Assembly: GCA_951406725.2 (NCBI GenBank)
Contig: OX597830.1
Location: forward strand, 4,340,001 to 4,404,000
Direction of reading: 5' to 3'
Source of the DNA: Octopus vulgaris
Lineage: Eukaryota
Length of the DNA: 64,000 nt
Made by a program: the position numbers and the translations under genes. Below the pieces are notes generated by a model. That model had not been told where the DNA came from, did not search any database, and was given only the letters and a program-made list of their open reading frames with translations. Below are positions 41,103 to 54,757 of this stretch, piece after piece. How positions within the stretch are numbered: the first letter of the stretch is position 1; each line of letters starts with the position of its first letter.

Positions 41103-41330
41103 TTAACCCTTTTGTTACCATATTTCTGTTGAGATGCTCTGTGTTTCTTTCAATTACTTTAAATATAACAAAGAATTTAGTAAAATAACTTAGTTATCAT
41201 TTAGCTAGTGTTAGGAACATAAATTGTGACTAAGGTTTGGTGGAAGATTTTAATTCAAAACTTATGAAAACAAGACATTTGTACTCAGAGCCAGAGGCGG
41301 TTTCAGCCAGGCTGGTAACAAAAGGGTTAA
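41103..41330. mobile_element. piggyBac-type MITE, intact
   Basis: TTAA + perfect 14-bp TIR CCCTTTTGTTACCA ... TGGTAACAAAAGGG + TTAA. Confidence 0.92.
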
Positions 41331-42409
41331 ATATTGAACACTGCCATATTCCTGGTGAAACTATCTTTTGTCAATGATTGAGAAGAGGAGAAAATATCTA
41401 AGTTCAATGCAAATCTATGAGGTTGAAATGGGTAGAAAGGCTATATGGGGGTCAGTGGGTGCAGTTAGATTAGTCAATGGACTTTATGCAGTTCTTGTCC
41501 ATTGTTGATGACTAGTTTGTATTACCTGATAAGGATAACTTCTTTAACCTATAAGCTTTCAACATTTCAGCCTGTTGTCTAGGCTCTGTCACTTGTCTAT
41601 CTGCTTTTTAACCAACGAGATGCATACCTAGATGTGCATGATTTCAATGTGTAAATGTTGAATTGTGCCACCAATGTAATCTTTGCCACATGCAATGTGC
41701 TGTGCTTAACTAGCATGTAACCTCACAAACATGCACGATTTGCAGATGGTGCAGTTGACCAGGATGCATATGTTGTTAGTGTTAAGAGCCATCTCCTCAG
41801 ATGGTATGAAATAATAAAATTTCATAATTCGAGGGGTTCATTTTAGCTGAGTTAAACTGAGCCATAGTTATGATTAGTTATCATTGATCTGCATTATTGG
41901 CACCTGAGAGATTGAGATTGATAAAAGAAAGCCACCAAAAATTTGTGACCAATTGATTTGGTTGGTACAAATATCTTAAGTAATGATCTAGATAATTGAA
42001 GAGAATCCTCTCAGTATCACTATGTATCAAAATTGATTAAATATCTGACAGTTTGGTAATACTGACTCTAGGTTCTATGTCTATCATTTTCTCACAAGTT
42101 GGGGGTTTATTTTCTAAAATTGTTTTTTTTTTAACCATTTATCTTGTATTGTGGTACACATTGCTTACTGGATAATATATTGGAAGATCAACTGAAATAT
42201 TTTGAGTTAAAATTCACTATAACCTATTTCTTGTCTCTCATAACAGACAACCTTTATTCTTTGGGACTTCACTCATCTATTTGTCACAAAAAGATATGAC
42301 CCAAGGGTTCACAGGAAGAAGCAAAATCCATGCATGTAATCAGACTTAAGGAATTTTTCTGTGAAAATAGATTTTTGCGTACATTCTTCCAATTACTGTG
42401 ATTGAAGAC

Positions 42410-42701
42410 AACGATCAGTGTTCCAGTTGATCTAATCAATGGAACAGCCTGCTCATAAAATTAACGTGCAAGTGGCTGAGTACTCCACAGACATACCCTT
42501 AACGCAGTTCTCAGAGTGATTCAGCATGACTCAGAATGTGACAAGACTGACCCTTTGAATTACAGGTACAACTCATTATTGCCCGCTGAGGGGATCTGAG
42601 CAATGTGAGGTAAAGTACCTTGCTCAAGCACGCCACATGCTGCCAAATATTGAGCTTATGAACATATGATTGTGAGCCCGATACGTTAACCACTAAGTCA
42701 C
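42410..42701 (-). mobile_element. tRNA-derived SINE related to family E, with a different 3' part
   Basis: Minus head GTGACTTAGTGGTTAACGTATCGGGCTCACAATC, core CTTGAGCAAGGTACTTTA, and a terminal hairpin GTTCCAGTTGAT-CTA-ATCAATGGAAC. Confidence 0.7.
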
Positions 42702-42739
42702 AAAACCATCAGTTGTTCTCTAAATAGTAATTCAATGGC

Positions 42740-43175
42740 ACTACCATGGAATACCTTCCTTGCTTCATAGAGAATGCTGCACGTTTTTACACATTGAATT
42801 CCTTACAAGTATCTTGGTCACATTCGTGGACTGTCTACAAAAGGAACTAATTGTATTTCAGACTTGGCAAACAATTTCAAATCATCTGTGAACAACAAAA
42901 GGTAGTTTAAGGATGGGTAAGGAGCATCTTTCCCCAAATTATATCGACATCACTTTTTTTCTCAGGAATATTGGTTGAATAACAGTGATGACAGGGAGTA
43001 AAAGAGAAAAGGAACTGCCTTGAAAACCTGTTTATGTTCACACTGCCTCAGAACTTTTGCAGAACAAATTAGTTCTCCAATCCCTCTAACTGGATTTTAC
43101 CAATTTCGTTAAATTATCTGCTGCACCAAACATCTTCAAAGTTTCAAAAACTCCAGATGGAAACCACTGCTGCTG
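42740..43175 (-). mobile_element. R4/Dong-type LINE reverse transcriptase fragment
   Basis: Minus peptides ETLKMFGAADNLTKLVKSS*RDWRT, FQGSSFSLLL and LNYLLLFTDDLKLFAKSE, matching GIFQGDSLSPLLF and HLLFMDDLKL of RLE-type RTs. Confidence 0.8.
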
Positions 43176-43399
43176 ACAATTGTTGAAACACTAGTAAAAA
43201 CAAATGTTTTGCAGTATTTGTGTGACTTTTTACATTCTCAGTTCAAATCTCCCCCACATCAACTTTGCCTTTCATCACTCAAGGTTGATAAAATAAAGTA
43301 CCAGTAAAGTACTGGGGTTGATGATATTGACTATTCAGTTTCCCCTCAAAACTTTGCCTTCACTATAAATCATATGCCATTATTATCATCATTATTATT

Positions 43400-44204
43400 G
43401 TATTAAAACTCAGAGCTTATTTTGCTGGGTATGATGGAAAGCGTCAGCTGTCCAAAGCCAGCAGACTAAAGTGACACATGTTTACTGGTCATGCTACAAG
43501 AACCCTGCGAAAAATTCTTGCAGTTCCAAGCAATGCTGATTTTTGTAGGTGTTCTACTTTCACACTGGCACCAATCTTTTTCAGCCATGTTGGTAGTTGA
43601 GGGCTAATACTTCCAAGTGCACCATTTACTATTGCTATCACGTCTACTCTCTTCATTGACCACCAGTCTTCGTATTTATTTTTTCTTCTTCTTTCTCTTT
43701 GATCCTGTTGTCACCAGAACATGCTCTGTTGATTATCATGCATGTTCTCTCTCTTTTATTAACCACAACAATGTCCGGTTTCCGATGTTTAGTCAGGTGA
43801 TCACACTGGATCATTACATCCCACAGGATTTTGCAATTCTCATTTTTGGTGACTCCTTCTGGGGCTTTTTCCTACCATGTCTTTGCTTTTTGTAGGCCAT
43901 GATTTCCTCAGAGCTCCCAATGGAACTCTTGCCACATTGTCATGGTATCTTTTCTTGTGCCAATTTCAGGCATTCACTAACAATGTGTCATACCATTTCA
44001 CACTGCTCACCATAACATTCTGCATTTGTCACTATTAGTAGTGTTGTCTATTCTGCACTTCATATAGTTGGTCCTTAATGCTTGTTCCTGAGCTGCGCAT
44101 ATGAGTGGCTTCTATTTCTATCTTCAGGTCACTCCTCCTCATCCATGGCCACCAGTCCTCTGTATCTGTCTTTGCATTCACATCTCTTGCAAACTGACCA
44201 TACA
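43400..44204 (-). mobile_element. R4/Dong-type LINE 3' end (zinc knuckle, RLE endonuclease, 3' UTR), 5'-truncated
   Basis: Minus peptides LYGQF...WMRRSDLK, CAAQEQALRTNYMKCRIDNTTNSDKCRM, KILWDVMIQCDHLTKHRKPDIVVVNK and IVNGALGSI...LQKSALLGTARIFRRVLVA*. TAA-type repeats at both ends. Confidence 0.92.
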
Positions 44205-44250
<46 letters not shown>

Positions 44251-45077
44251 TTTGAACTTGCGAAAGACACACAGTGTCAAAATATTGTCCATTCATACCT
44301 TTTTCTTTTAATAAACAGAGTCATTCTCTATTTATTACCAATAACAGTCACGTTCTTATTATTGTTTCTTTACCCTCAAGAAGAGTAACTTCAATCTTGA
44401 AATATTATTATTGTAATTATTATCATTATTATCATTAGTATCATTATTATTATTAGTAGTAGTATTATCATTATTATTATTTAGGTGGTGATCTGGCAGA
44501 ATGTAAAGACAGGCAAAATGCCACTAAACATTTTACCCAGTCTGCTAATGATTCTGCCAGATTTTATCATTATGTCTGTCTGTTTGAGACAAACAGACAG
44601 ACATAATGATGTATATATATATATATACATCAGATTAATTGTCAAATTGGCTGAATAAGCTGTTAGGCAAAACTGGAAGTCTCTCAGCCAATGCCAACTT
44701 TACTATAAATCAATCTATTAATATATCTTTATACATAAATCTATCAATATATTAGTCTATCAATGCATTAATCTATTAATATTTCTACACATCAGTCTAT
44801 CAATAAGTTGACAATAACCTTTTCTTTTAATTTCTTCAGTTTGCTAATACTTTGTGGTTCATGCATACAATATCTGCTACTAAAATCAGACCTTTTATTT
44901 CTGCTTTCCATTCAGAACGTTTGAGTTATTGCTGCCTTCCAGACTGGCACGCTTCCTCTCAATCCATTTTTACAAAGTAGTGGCTAGCTAGGAATTTTCT
45001 CTTATTCCTTTCCATATCTTCATCTTTTTTATCTGTGGAAAGTTCCTAGAATGACTGTAAAGATTCCTGACACATAC

Positions 45078-45276
45078 TCTTTTACTCTTTTACTTATTTC
45101 AGTCATTTGACTGTGGCAATGCTGGAGCACCACCTTTAGTCGAACAAATCGACTCCCAGGACTTATTCTTTGTAAGCCTAGTACTTATTTTATCAGTCTT
45201 TTTTGCCGAACCACTAAGTTACGGGGACGTAAACACACCAGCATCGGTTGTCAAGCGATGTTGAAGGACAAACATG

Positions 45277-45308
<32 letters not shown>

Positions 45309-45477
45309 CATATATACAACGGGCTGCTTTCAGTTTCCATCTACCAAATCCACTCACAAGGCTTTGGTTGGCCTGAGGCTATAGTAGAAGACACTTGCCC
45401 AAGGTGCCACACTGTGGGACTGAACCCGGAACATGTGGTTCGTAAGCAAGCTACTTACCACACAGCCACTCCTATGC
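45078..45477 (-). mobile_element. SINE family D, full length
   Basis: Reverse complement of 22632-23025. Further copies at 52237-52580 (+), 52610-52800 (+), 35350-35500, 37110-37260, 56215-56380 and 62895-63040. Confidence 0.9.
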
Positions 45478-45499
45478 CTTATACATATAGTAAAACATT

Positions 45500-46380
45500 T
45501 AATCATTCTTTTCATATTCAATGCTATACTACACAAGGTATTTTTACATAATTACCTGGCTTCCTTGTAATATTAACTAGGGTACCTTATACTAATCAGA
45601 GTACTCTAAGCTAAATCAGTTTTACTATTTCATATTCCTTTGCTAACTAACCAGGCTACCTAACTATATTAACTTGGAAACCTTGTTATGCAACCAAGTA
45701 CATTCTATAAACTAGTTATACCCACTCTTTTCATATATTCATGCTATACTAACCAGGGTACCTTATAATATTACTCATGGTACTTCGTTATATTAACCAG
45801 TGTGCCTTATTATATAACCAGTTTACCTTATACCAACCAGATTTTGCCATTCTTTTCATGCTTCCATAATCTACTAAACAGGGTACTTTATTATAATCCT
45901 TTCTACTATAATCACAAGGCCTAAAATTGTTAGGGGAAGGGTTAGTCAATTATATTGGCCCCAGTGCTTGACTAGAACTTATATTATTAACCATGGAAGA
46001 ATGAAAGACAAAGCCAGCTTTGGCAGAATTTGAACCCAGACCATAAAGATCGATGAAATGCAGCTAAGCATTTCATCTGGCGTGTGACCAGTTCAGCCAA
46101 CTCACAGTCTTTGGGTATTTTATTATGATAACTAGGATACCTTGTTATACAAATCAGAGTATTTTGCACTAACTAGGCTTTGTCATTTTTTTATACATTC
46201 CATTCTTATACTAACCAGGCTACATTATACTGTTATGTAACCAGAGTATGTTATATTAACTAGCTGTTGTCATTCTCTTCATAATCTCATGTTAAACTAA
46301 TCAGCGTTCTTAATAATACTTCTAGGATACCTTATTAAAGTAACTGGGTACTTTATATATCAAAGCAAAGTACCTTTGTG
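45500..46380. repeat. Degenerate minisatellite, ~20-23-bp unit ATACTAACCAGGGTACCTT
   Basis: Many diverged copies of TA(C/T)TAACCAG..TACCTT; interrupted by a family B SINE at ~45900-46110. Confidence 0.7.
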
Positions 46381-46419
46381 CTATTCAAGATATTTCATTG
46401 CATCAGCAATGTTGTGTGC

Positions 46420-46960
46420 CTTTATAATGGTTTTCCATTAATCCAAGCTCCTTCCACACGTGGAGACGCTATGCTATTTCTATCAGCTTAAGAATGGGGG
46501 ATTAGAATGCAGTAAATAGTTAGCTTATCTAGGTTCCCCAGTTGACTTGATTTTCAGTTTATCATTGAAAGGGCTTGTGTATTAATCCCTATAATCTTGT
46601 TTGTAACATTGATTTTAGTGCTAAACATCTGTTTGATCCTCTGCACTACAATTTTCTAATGCTCTTCTTCATTTCTTTAAGTTGTGCCTTATCAGTTTCA
46701 TCTGTCTCTAAGTATCTGCATGGGTGGTCTTTTCTTAATTCTCAGTTTTCAGAGTCAAATTCAAAATCAGTAATTTTTTTTTTTAGATTTTTTTTTCTGT
46801 ATTTGTATTTTGCCTCTTGTTACTGATTTAGCATATTTCTTTAATCTTACACTCATGTTGATATCATTGTTAAATCTATATTCTCCGGATGGGTGTTGTC
46901 TCTTCTGTAGCGTTTCAAATCCTCAATAAATAAGAGATTAATAATTAATCCATAATATTT
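46420..46960 (-). mobile_element. Heavily decayed R4/Dong-type RT/thumb fragment
   Basis: Minus peptides RFNNDINMSVRLKKYAKSVTRGK, PCRYLETDE...EMKKSIRK, NKIIGINT and KADRNSIASPRVEG resemble FSxDIGMxFGLxKCA, YKYLG and HPKADxxRLYxPRxEGG. Confidence 0.65.
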
Positions 46961-47043
46961 GAATTTGTGTGGCTTGATTCACTAAATTTAGTTTGTAGTC
47001 AGAACTACACAGAAAATTATTATTATTTTTAATATTATTATTA

Positions 47044-47098
<55 letters not shown>

Positions 47099-47099
<1 letters not shown>

Positions 47100-47437
47100 G
47101 AGTGAGCGAGCAGAGCATGCCATCAAAGTGACACTGGGGTAAAATATACGAAGCCCAGTATACCCATCATGACTACCCGTCTGATAAGGGTACACCAGGC
47201 ACATGCATCACAGCCATATGTGCGCGACATGGTGATCTCATATCAAGATAAACAGCACATGACCTTGCAGGTGGAGCCCAGTTAGAATTTTCTTCAGATC
47301 GAGTAACCCATCCCGCTCAAAAGGTCCCTGAATAAGGGTTGTTTAAGGACGTTGAACGAAACACCCATGTTTCCAGAGGTGAATTATTCAAACCCCAAAG
47401 AATCCTTCTCAACACATGGCTATGATGCTCCTCCACA
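47099..47437 (-). mobile_element. Non-coding element inserted inside an (ATT)n microsatellite
   Basis: GC-richer 340-bp island flanked immediately on both sides by long (ATT)n. Resembles a repeat I recall as common in Octopus; orientation is inferred. Confidence 0.65.
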
Positions 47438-47468
<31 letters not shown>

Positions 47469-47509
47469 TATTATTATTATTATCATTATTATTATTATTA
47501 TCATTATTA

Positions 47510-47552
<43 letters not shown>

Positions 47553-47810
47553 AGGTGGTGAGATGGCAGAGTTGTTGGTACACAAGACAAAATGCTCTGC
47601 ATTTTGTTTGTCTTGACATTCTGAGTTCAAATTCCACCAAGGTTGACTTCTTTACCTTTCATCCTTTTGGGGGCCAGTGAAATAGGTATCGGTTGAGCAC
47701 CAGGATCAGTGTAATTGACTAGCACCCTCCCCCAAAATTGCTGGCCTTGTGCACCCATGTATGTACATAATATACATATTCACATTTATATATATTTGTG
47801 CATGTGTGTG

Positions 47811-47845
<35 letters not shown>

Positions 47846-47945
47846 ATATATGTGTATATATATATGTATATATAAATATGTATGTATAATTATATAAAAA
47901 GATATATATATATATATATGTATGTATATATATGTATATGCATGT

Positions 47946-47976
<31 letters not shown>

Positions 47977-48080
47977 TGTATGTAGATATATATGTATGTA
48001 TATATATATGTATGCATATATATATGTATATATATATGTATATATATATATATGTATGTATAGATATGTGTATATGTATG

Positions 48081-48112
<32 letters not shown>

Positions 48113-48997
48113 AATCAAAGCAGTATTATTATCAGTAACGGTAATAATAAGGTGGCTAGCAAGTTTACACTTTTACAGGTAAAATATAAATTAAATTCAG
48201 ATCCAGTCGGGCATTTAAATATCACTTACTATAAAGACAACCATCACTCCCAAACCACCAATAACTCACTATCAAAATATACATGAGGTAATGTTACGAG
48301 TATTTCAGAAATAGATGTTAAACATGCTGTTTTCAACTGATGAGCTCAAGGTAGGGTTTTCCATACAGAGGGCAAAATCAATTCATATTGAAACATACAC
48401 CTACCTGACTTCTATATTCCACATAAGGTAAACCTGTTTGTGCTATATTCAATGCATTGCTAGTGTGTATTTTAATAGTGAGTTTTGGAGCAATGGCTCA
48501 GTTCATAGCAAGTGGTATTTAAATAACCTACAACATCTGAATTTAATTTATATATATAATTATATAAACTTTAGAGGACTGACCACTAAAAAAATGGACA
48601 GTCTATATGATAGATATAGACGTCAAAATCGCCATTTTCCACGAAGAAATGTTGAAATAGCATGAAATATTGTCATCATACAAATGGCATCTTTTATATA
48701 CAATCTTCTTTGATAACATCCAGGCAAGGGGAAAAAATTGAACCATGCTTAGAAACAGGTGAATGTTGGAGACAGAGTGAATATCTAATTCTAGAAAATA
48801 TGCGACAATGAATATCATCTAACCCATGCCAGCAAAGAATAGTAGCCATCAAAATTAGGAAATTGATGAGGAAGAAACTGAAGATGGTATATAATTTATA
48901 TAATATATAATTTATATATATATATATATATATATGAATGTGAGTGAATTTTATAATTATATATTCTATACACTCTCTGTCTCTCTCTTTCTTTCTG

Positions 48998-49071
<74 letters not shown>

Positions 49072-52000
49072 AACACACACACACACACATGTAATTAAAA
49101 TAAATTCCTATTAATTTTGGACTTTAGATGACCTCTCAGTCAGTTTATAGGATAATTCATATCTGATAACAGGTACCAAATGAGAGAGTTTGATTAGCAG
49201 GAAGAATCTCTGCAAAGATAAGGCAGCGTTAAGAAAATGGTAGCTATTTATAGCTGATATTGCTAGAGATAACACTAGAGGTCAGGGAGGCAATCTTGTC
49301 CAAGATCTTTATCATTTGTCAACATCATTTAAAGGGCAAATTTAGAATGTCCTTATTAGACACATTGAGAAATAGTTTTCAAATTCATTTTTCAAATAAT
49401 TTATTTATTTTGTGCAGCTGCCTTAGTTTAATGGAGGATGAAAGATGGAGCGGAGAAAATGGTCAATTTTAAAGAGACTAAAAGACAAAGAAAACAGTCA
49501 TTGTTTGATTTGGCTAGGTTGATTTTATGGTCCTTGAGACAGGATTTCAAAACCTCTTATAAAATACTTGATTTGTTTAATCTCATAAATAATGTATGTT
49601 TTATTACACTTGCAGAGAACATTATAGTAGAATGCAAGAAACCTTCTTATTCCAATCGAAAAGATCTTTGCAGAGAATGGGAAGTGGAAGAAAAGATGGT
49701 TTTGTGCTGACTGTAGAGATTAATAATGATTGAATAAATAAATAAAAAAAATAAAGAAACAAAAATGTAATAAATAAATACACAAATTAATTAATAAAAA
49801 CAGGTAATAACAATGAAAGGAATAGCAAGGTCTGATCTATGCCTGTTGAGTATCACATGAAGAAAGATTTCAGATGAAGAATGGTTAATTTCTAGTATTG
49901 TAAATTTGATCAACTCATAAGAGGGAAAAAAATGTGAATGAATGTAAAAATAAAGTTAATATATTACAAAAATAAAATTACGGCTCATACTTACATATTT
50001 TTCTTTTTTAAAAACTTCATTTTATACTGGGTGTTTGAATTGCTGGGTGAGTTTAATAGGATTAACATTTTACCATTCTTCCAACCTATCTGAATCTATC
50101 TTACATTCCATGATACAAATTTCTTTTGTTTTAAAGTGTTCATATATTTTCACTTAGTGAGTGAGTGGTATTGTCACTTAACAGTGCAACAAATAGAAAT
50201 TGATGAAATAAACATTAGAATGAAACAAGTACTTGGGTCAATACAATAGAAAAATAAACTGTCAAAGTAGGAACTCTACAAGACTGCATCCCAATTACAG
50301 AATCCAGCAAGATAGTACCCCCCCCCCACCGACAGTTTTGTCCATTTTCCCAGGTTGGAACAGATTAGGGAAGTCTGTACCTCTTACTACATAGTTTTTT
50401 GTATCTCTGATCTATTTTTATATAAACTCCACAAACACCAAGGAATTTCTGAAGTGAATCCAGTAGCACATACGTACTACTGATCTTGACATTTGGTAGC
50501 CAATAACTGGGAACAGGCTTTGCAAAGCATCCTGCAAGTTTTATACCCAAATATAATCATAATTTTCACTACATACAAACATACATCGCTGAATGTACAT
50601 ACATAATACACAAACTAAAGTCATCCTCACACAAGTACATATTCAGTGTTTAGGTTCACTAAAAATTCTATGAAGTTTAACCGAAAACAGAGATGTTGTG
50701 TATCACTTCTTCATACTCGTTGCCGTACTCAACTTAGAACATATTTGATATTCCATGTTTGGTTTTTGAAACAATAGACAACATTGGCTGAGCTTGTATT
50801 GTCAAATATAAAATTGCATGTAAGCTAGTTAATTCTTGGTATTCTACCTTGTGTGTTTCTTTTTTTCTTTTCTTTTTTTCAAATTAATTATTTTGTCTTG
50901 CTTCAGTTTTCGCTTTTGCAATATTATCTGTCACTGTTCACGATATTCTGTATGGTCCATCAATATTGTCAATAATGGTAGCTTCTGGAAGCAGAACACT
51001 AATTGAGCTTCCTTTCTAAATTCCTATTGAATTTGGAAATATAAATGTTCTATAAAAGTTGTATGGATTCCTCTTCATGCAATATATATATGAATACATG
51101 TATGTATAATATATATATATGTATATATATATGAATGCATGTATGTATAATATATATATATGTATATATATATATATGAATGCATGTATGTATAATATAC
51201 ATCTATATACACTCAGAGAATCCAAAGACCTGTATGAAGCATGTGTTTGTTGGCTTCATTGCCATTGGTTTTGGATTGCAAATCTATCACTGGTTTGCAT
51301 AAGTAGAGCGAAATGAAAAAGTGTCATTGATGATTCAGAAAAATATTGCTGTCGTTATCAATTCTGGTAATTCCCATGTAAGATTAGAAAAGTAAAAAAA
51401 CAAAAAACAAAAAAAAACAAAACCATTGCTACACTACTAATAAAAAAGAGCTATAAATATATATCAGTGCATTTGCATTTATGCGTCAGCATTTTTATAC
51501 AAGCTGAAAAGAGAAACGAAGTATTTGGTTGTAACAAAGAGGGATCCAAGTAATTCTCTTTCATTGCTTTCTTTCCAGAAATAGGGTGGGTTTTATATAA
51601 CAGTAATATCTGATGAATTCTGTTGGTATGACTGCTTTAATAGAATCTAATGAACTACTAAAGCAGTGTTCACAAAACTCCGGCTCTTTGCCAATATTTC
51701 ACTATTAACTTACCATTCTTTCTAGAAACACATAAATAAAAATAAATCCCTACTCTTCTGGCTCCAAATCACAGGTATAACCACCTTCATATGTCATGAA
51801 AGGAAACAATGTGGATAATAAAATTCATTCGGAATAAGAAAAATTGTTATGAAGACGGTTATTAGAACAGGGTAAACTATAAACACTGTAGAAGTGTCAA
51901 ACTTACCCAAGAGAACCTAACCTATACAAACGGAAACCAGGCTTATTTGGTATGGCTTAAACCTAGCTGCATATTAAAGATGGATTGTAGATTATGTTTT

Positions 52001-52824
52001 ATAATCTCGCTGACATGTTGACATAGTTTTTGTATATGCTCATACAATTGCACATACATGTATGTATAATATGTCTGTATATATTCTTATCTACTCTAGG
52101 CACAATGCCCAAAATTTTTGAGGAGTGGGGGCAGTCGATTAGATCAACCCCAGTATGTAACTGGTACTTAATTTATTGACCCCTGAAAGGGTGAGAGGCA
52201 AAGTGGACCACGGCAGAATTAATATATATGTATATAGGCACAGGTTGTAAGAAGTTTGCTTCCCAACCACATGGTACCAGGCTCAGTCCTATTGCATGGC
52301 ACCTCTACTCAAGTGTCAGACTGACCGAAGCCTTGTGAGAGGATTTCGAGAATGGAAACTGAAAGAAACCCATTGTGTGTGTGTTTGTGTCTCCACCACC
52401 ATTTAACAACCTATATTGGTGTGTTTATCTTCCCGTAACTTAGTGGTTTGGGAAAAGAGACTGACAAAATAAGTGCCTGGCTTGAGAAAATACTGGGTTA
52501 GTTTTATTAGACTAAAATTCTTCAAGGCAGTGCTCCAGTATGGCCACAGTCTAATGACTGAAACAAGCAAAAGATAAAAGATATCTATGAATGTACATAT
52601 GTATGTAAGTGTGGCCAAGTTGTGAAGGAGCTTGCTTCTCAATTTTATAATTTTGGGTTCAGTCCCTTTGAATTGCACATTGGGCAAACCTTTTCTTCTA
52701 CAGCCACTGGCCAATCAAACCCTTGTGAGTAGATTTGGTAGATGGGAATGGAAAAAAAGCCCAGTATATATGTGTGTGTGTATGTGTGTATTTGTGTGTG
52801 CTGTTGTCTTCTCTTCAACATTGG

Positions 52825-53075
52825 ACAATCATTTTTCACCACCACATCCCATCTCTTCATGGGTCTTCCTCTTCAACAGGTCCCTTCCACATTTAGAGAT
52901 CAGCACACCTTTATACAGCTGTCTTCATCCATATGCATTACATGACCATTCCAGCGCAGTCTTCTCTCTTGCACACTACATCTGATGCCTCTTATACATA
53001 ATTTTTTTGGCTTTTAACACATTTACACTTTGTCATACATGCACACTGGCATTGCACATCTAGTAAAGCATGCTG
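52825..53075 (-). mobile_element. RTE-clade LINE ORF C-terminal fragment
   Basis: Minus peptides SMLY*MCNASVHV and IRGIRCSVQERRLRWNGHVMHMDEDSCIKVC*SLNVEGTC*RGRPMKRWDVVVKND (RLRWxGHVxR and RGRPxKxW motifs). Confidence 0.88.
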
Positions 53076-53844
53076 TATGCATATGTATGCACATATACAT
53101 ATACATATATACATATATATACACATATATACATATATATATATATGTGTGAATCAGTGATTTTATACAAATACACCCAAACACATGCATATGTATGCAT
53201 GCATGACTTTGTGTTTCTTCTCAGAAAAACCCAGTAACTTTGAAATTCTAAATTTTTATCAGCAAACACTGTTCTTCGTTTTTGAAATTTTATTGTCAAT
53301 TTGGTATTTAAATTAAAGAACTATAAAATACGTGAATATTCTTTAGTGAACTTTGATAATCAATGTTTCTTTTTAGTATTTTTCTATTTTCTAAAATTTT
53401 TCTTTTAACTAACAATATTTCTTGTTTAGGGAATAGCAGCTGTTAGAATAAAGTGAGACTTTGGGTCACAAATCCTTCTACAATAAAGTGTAGATTGTTT
53501 CTGAGTCATTTTAATGGTGTTTCTAAATAGATATTCTCTCATCAGTTGTAGTGAAATTCTTCCATAATAAAAAGAGTGATGGTTTGTTCCCTATGATCAG
53601 AGGTGAATCTTATGGCAACTTCCCCTTATCTCAAGAACACAGAGCCTTTTTATTCTGCTGCAGTGCATTTTATTGGCTGCTGAACGTCTTCCTTCATATT
53701 GATGGACTCTTCTGTGTGCAGGCTTAATGAAATGTCTAATTTTGTTTCTTTCAAATTCTTTTTTGATGCTCTTTTATGATAAGCCTTCCCCATGAAGTGA
53801 AATTAGTTTCCTTCATTTTGCTCGGTGACAAATGTGGTGTGTGT

Positions 53845-53875
<31 letters not shown>

Positions 53876-54133
53876 CATATTGGAAAAACTAGCATCGATA
53901 TAAACTAAATATTTAGTAACAAGTTAACACAAAAAATAAAAAAAAAACGTGGGGGTGTGGAAGAATAAATTTCCTCTAAACACAATATCGGACAGGAATT
54001 CTGTTGCCATGTAACTATATCTTTATACACATTTCTATAGCATTTCATGTTAACCATTTGTTTACTGATTTGTTTACCGTGTAATTCTATTGCTCAGCCA
54101 CATATACGTACATAATTACATACATATACATAC

Positions 54134-54234
<101 letters not shown>

Positions 54235-54255
54235 CACACACACATAAATACATAC

Positions 54256-54292
<37 letters not shown>

Positions 54293-54680
54293 TACACACA
54301 CACATATATATAGGTGCAATATATATATATATATTTGTAACCCAATTAACTTGCTTCAAAAAATCTATTTCATACAGACTGTATTTTGCTGAGTCATCAT
54401 CGATGAAAAAACAATATTTGAATTTCTTATCTCCATTAGTTTCAGAGAAACACAAATGGAGGACACTGAAGTAATCAATCAAATAAACAAACTGGATTAA
54501 AACAGAGGCACCTAATTTTTTTCTCTAGGTTTCATAAGACTGGTGAGAAGGGAAGTTGATAAAAAAGACATAATAAGACATTGTTTGATCTGTAAAAGAG
54601 TTGTGAAACTGTTTGAGAAATCAAATAAACTCTGAGGGAACATTTATTTGAAATATGTACATATCTGTTCCATTATCAAC

Positions 54681-54757
<77 letters not shown>

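Noticed and set aside
54529-54542. Possible 14-nt exon (TTCTCTAG|GTTTCATAAGACTG|GTGAGA)
   Set aside because: It would shift the frame relative to both 60.4-kb acceptors. Such signal pairs arise by chance in AT-rich introns.
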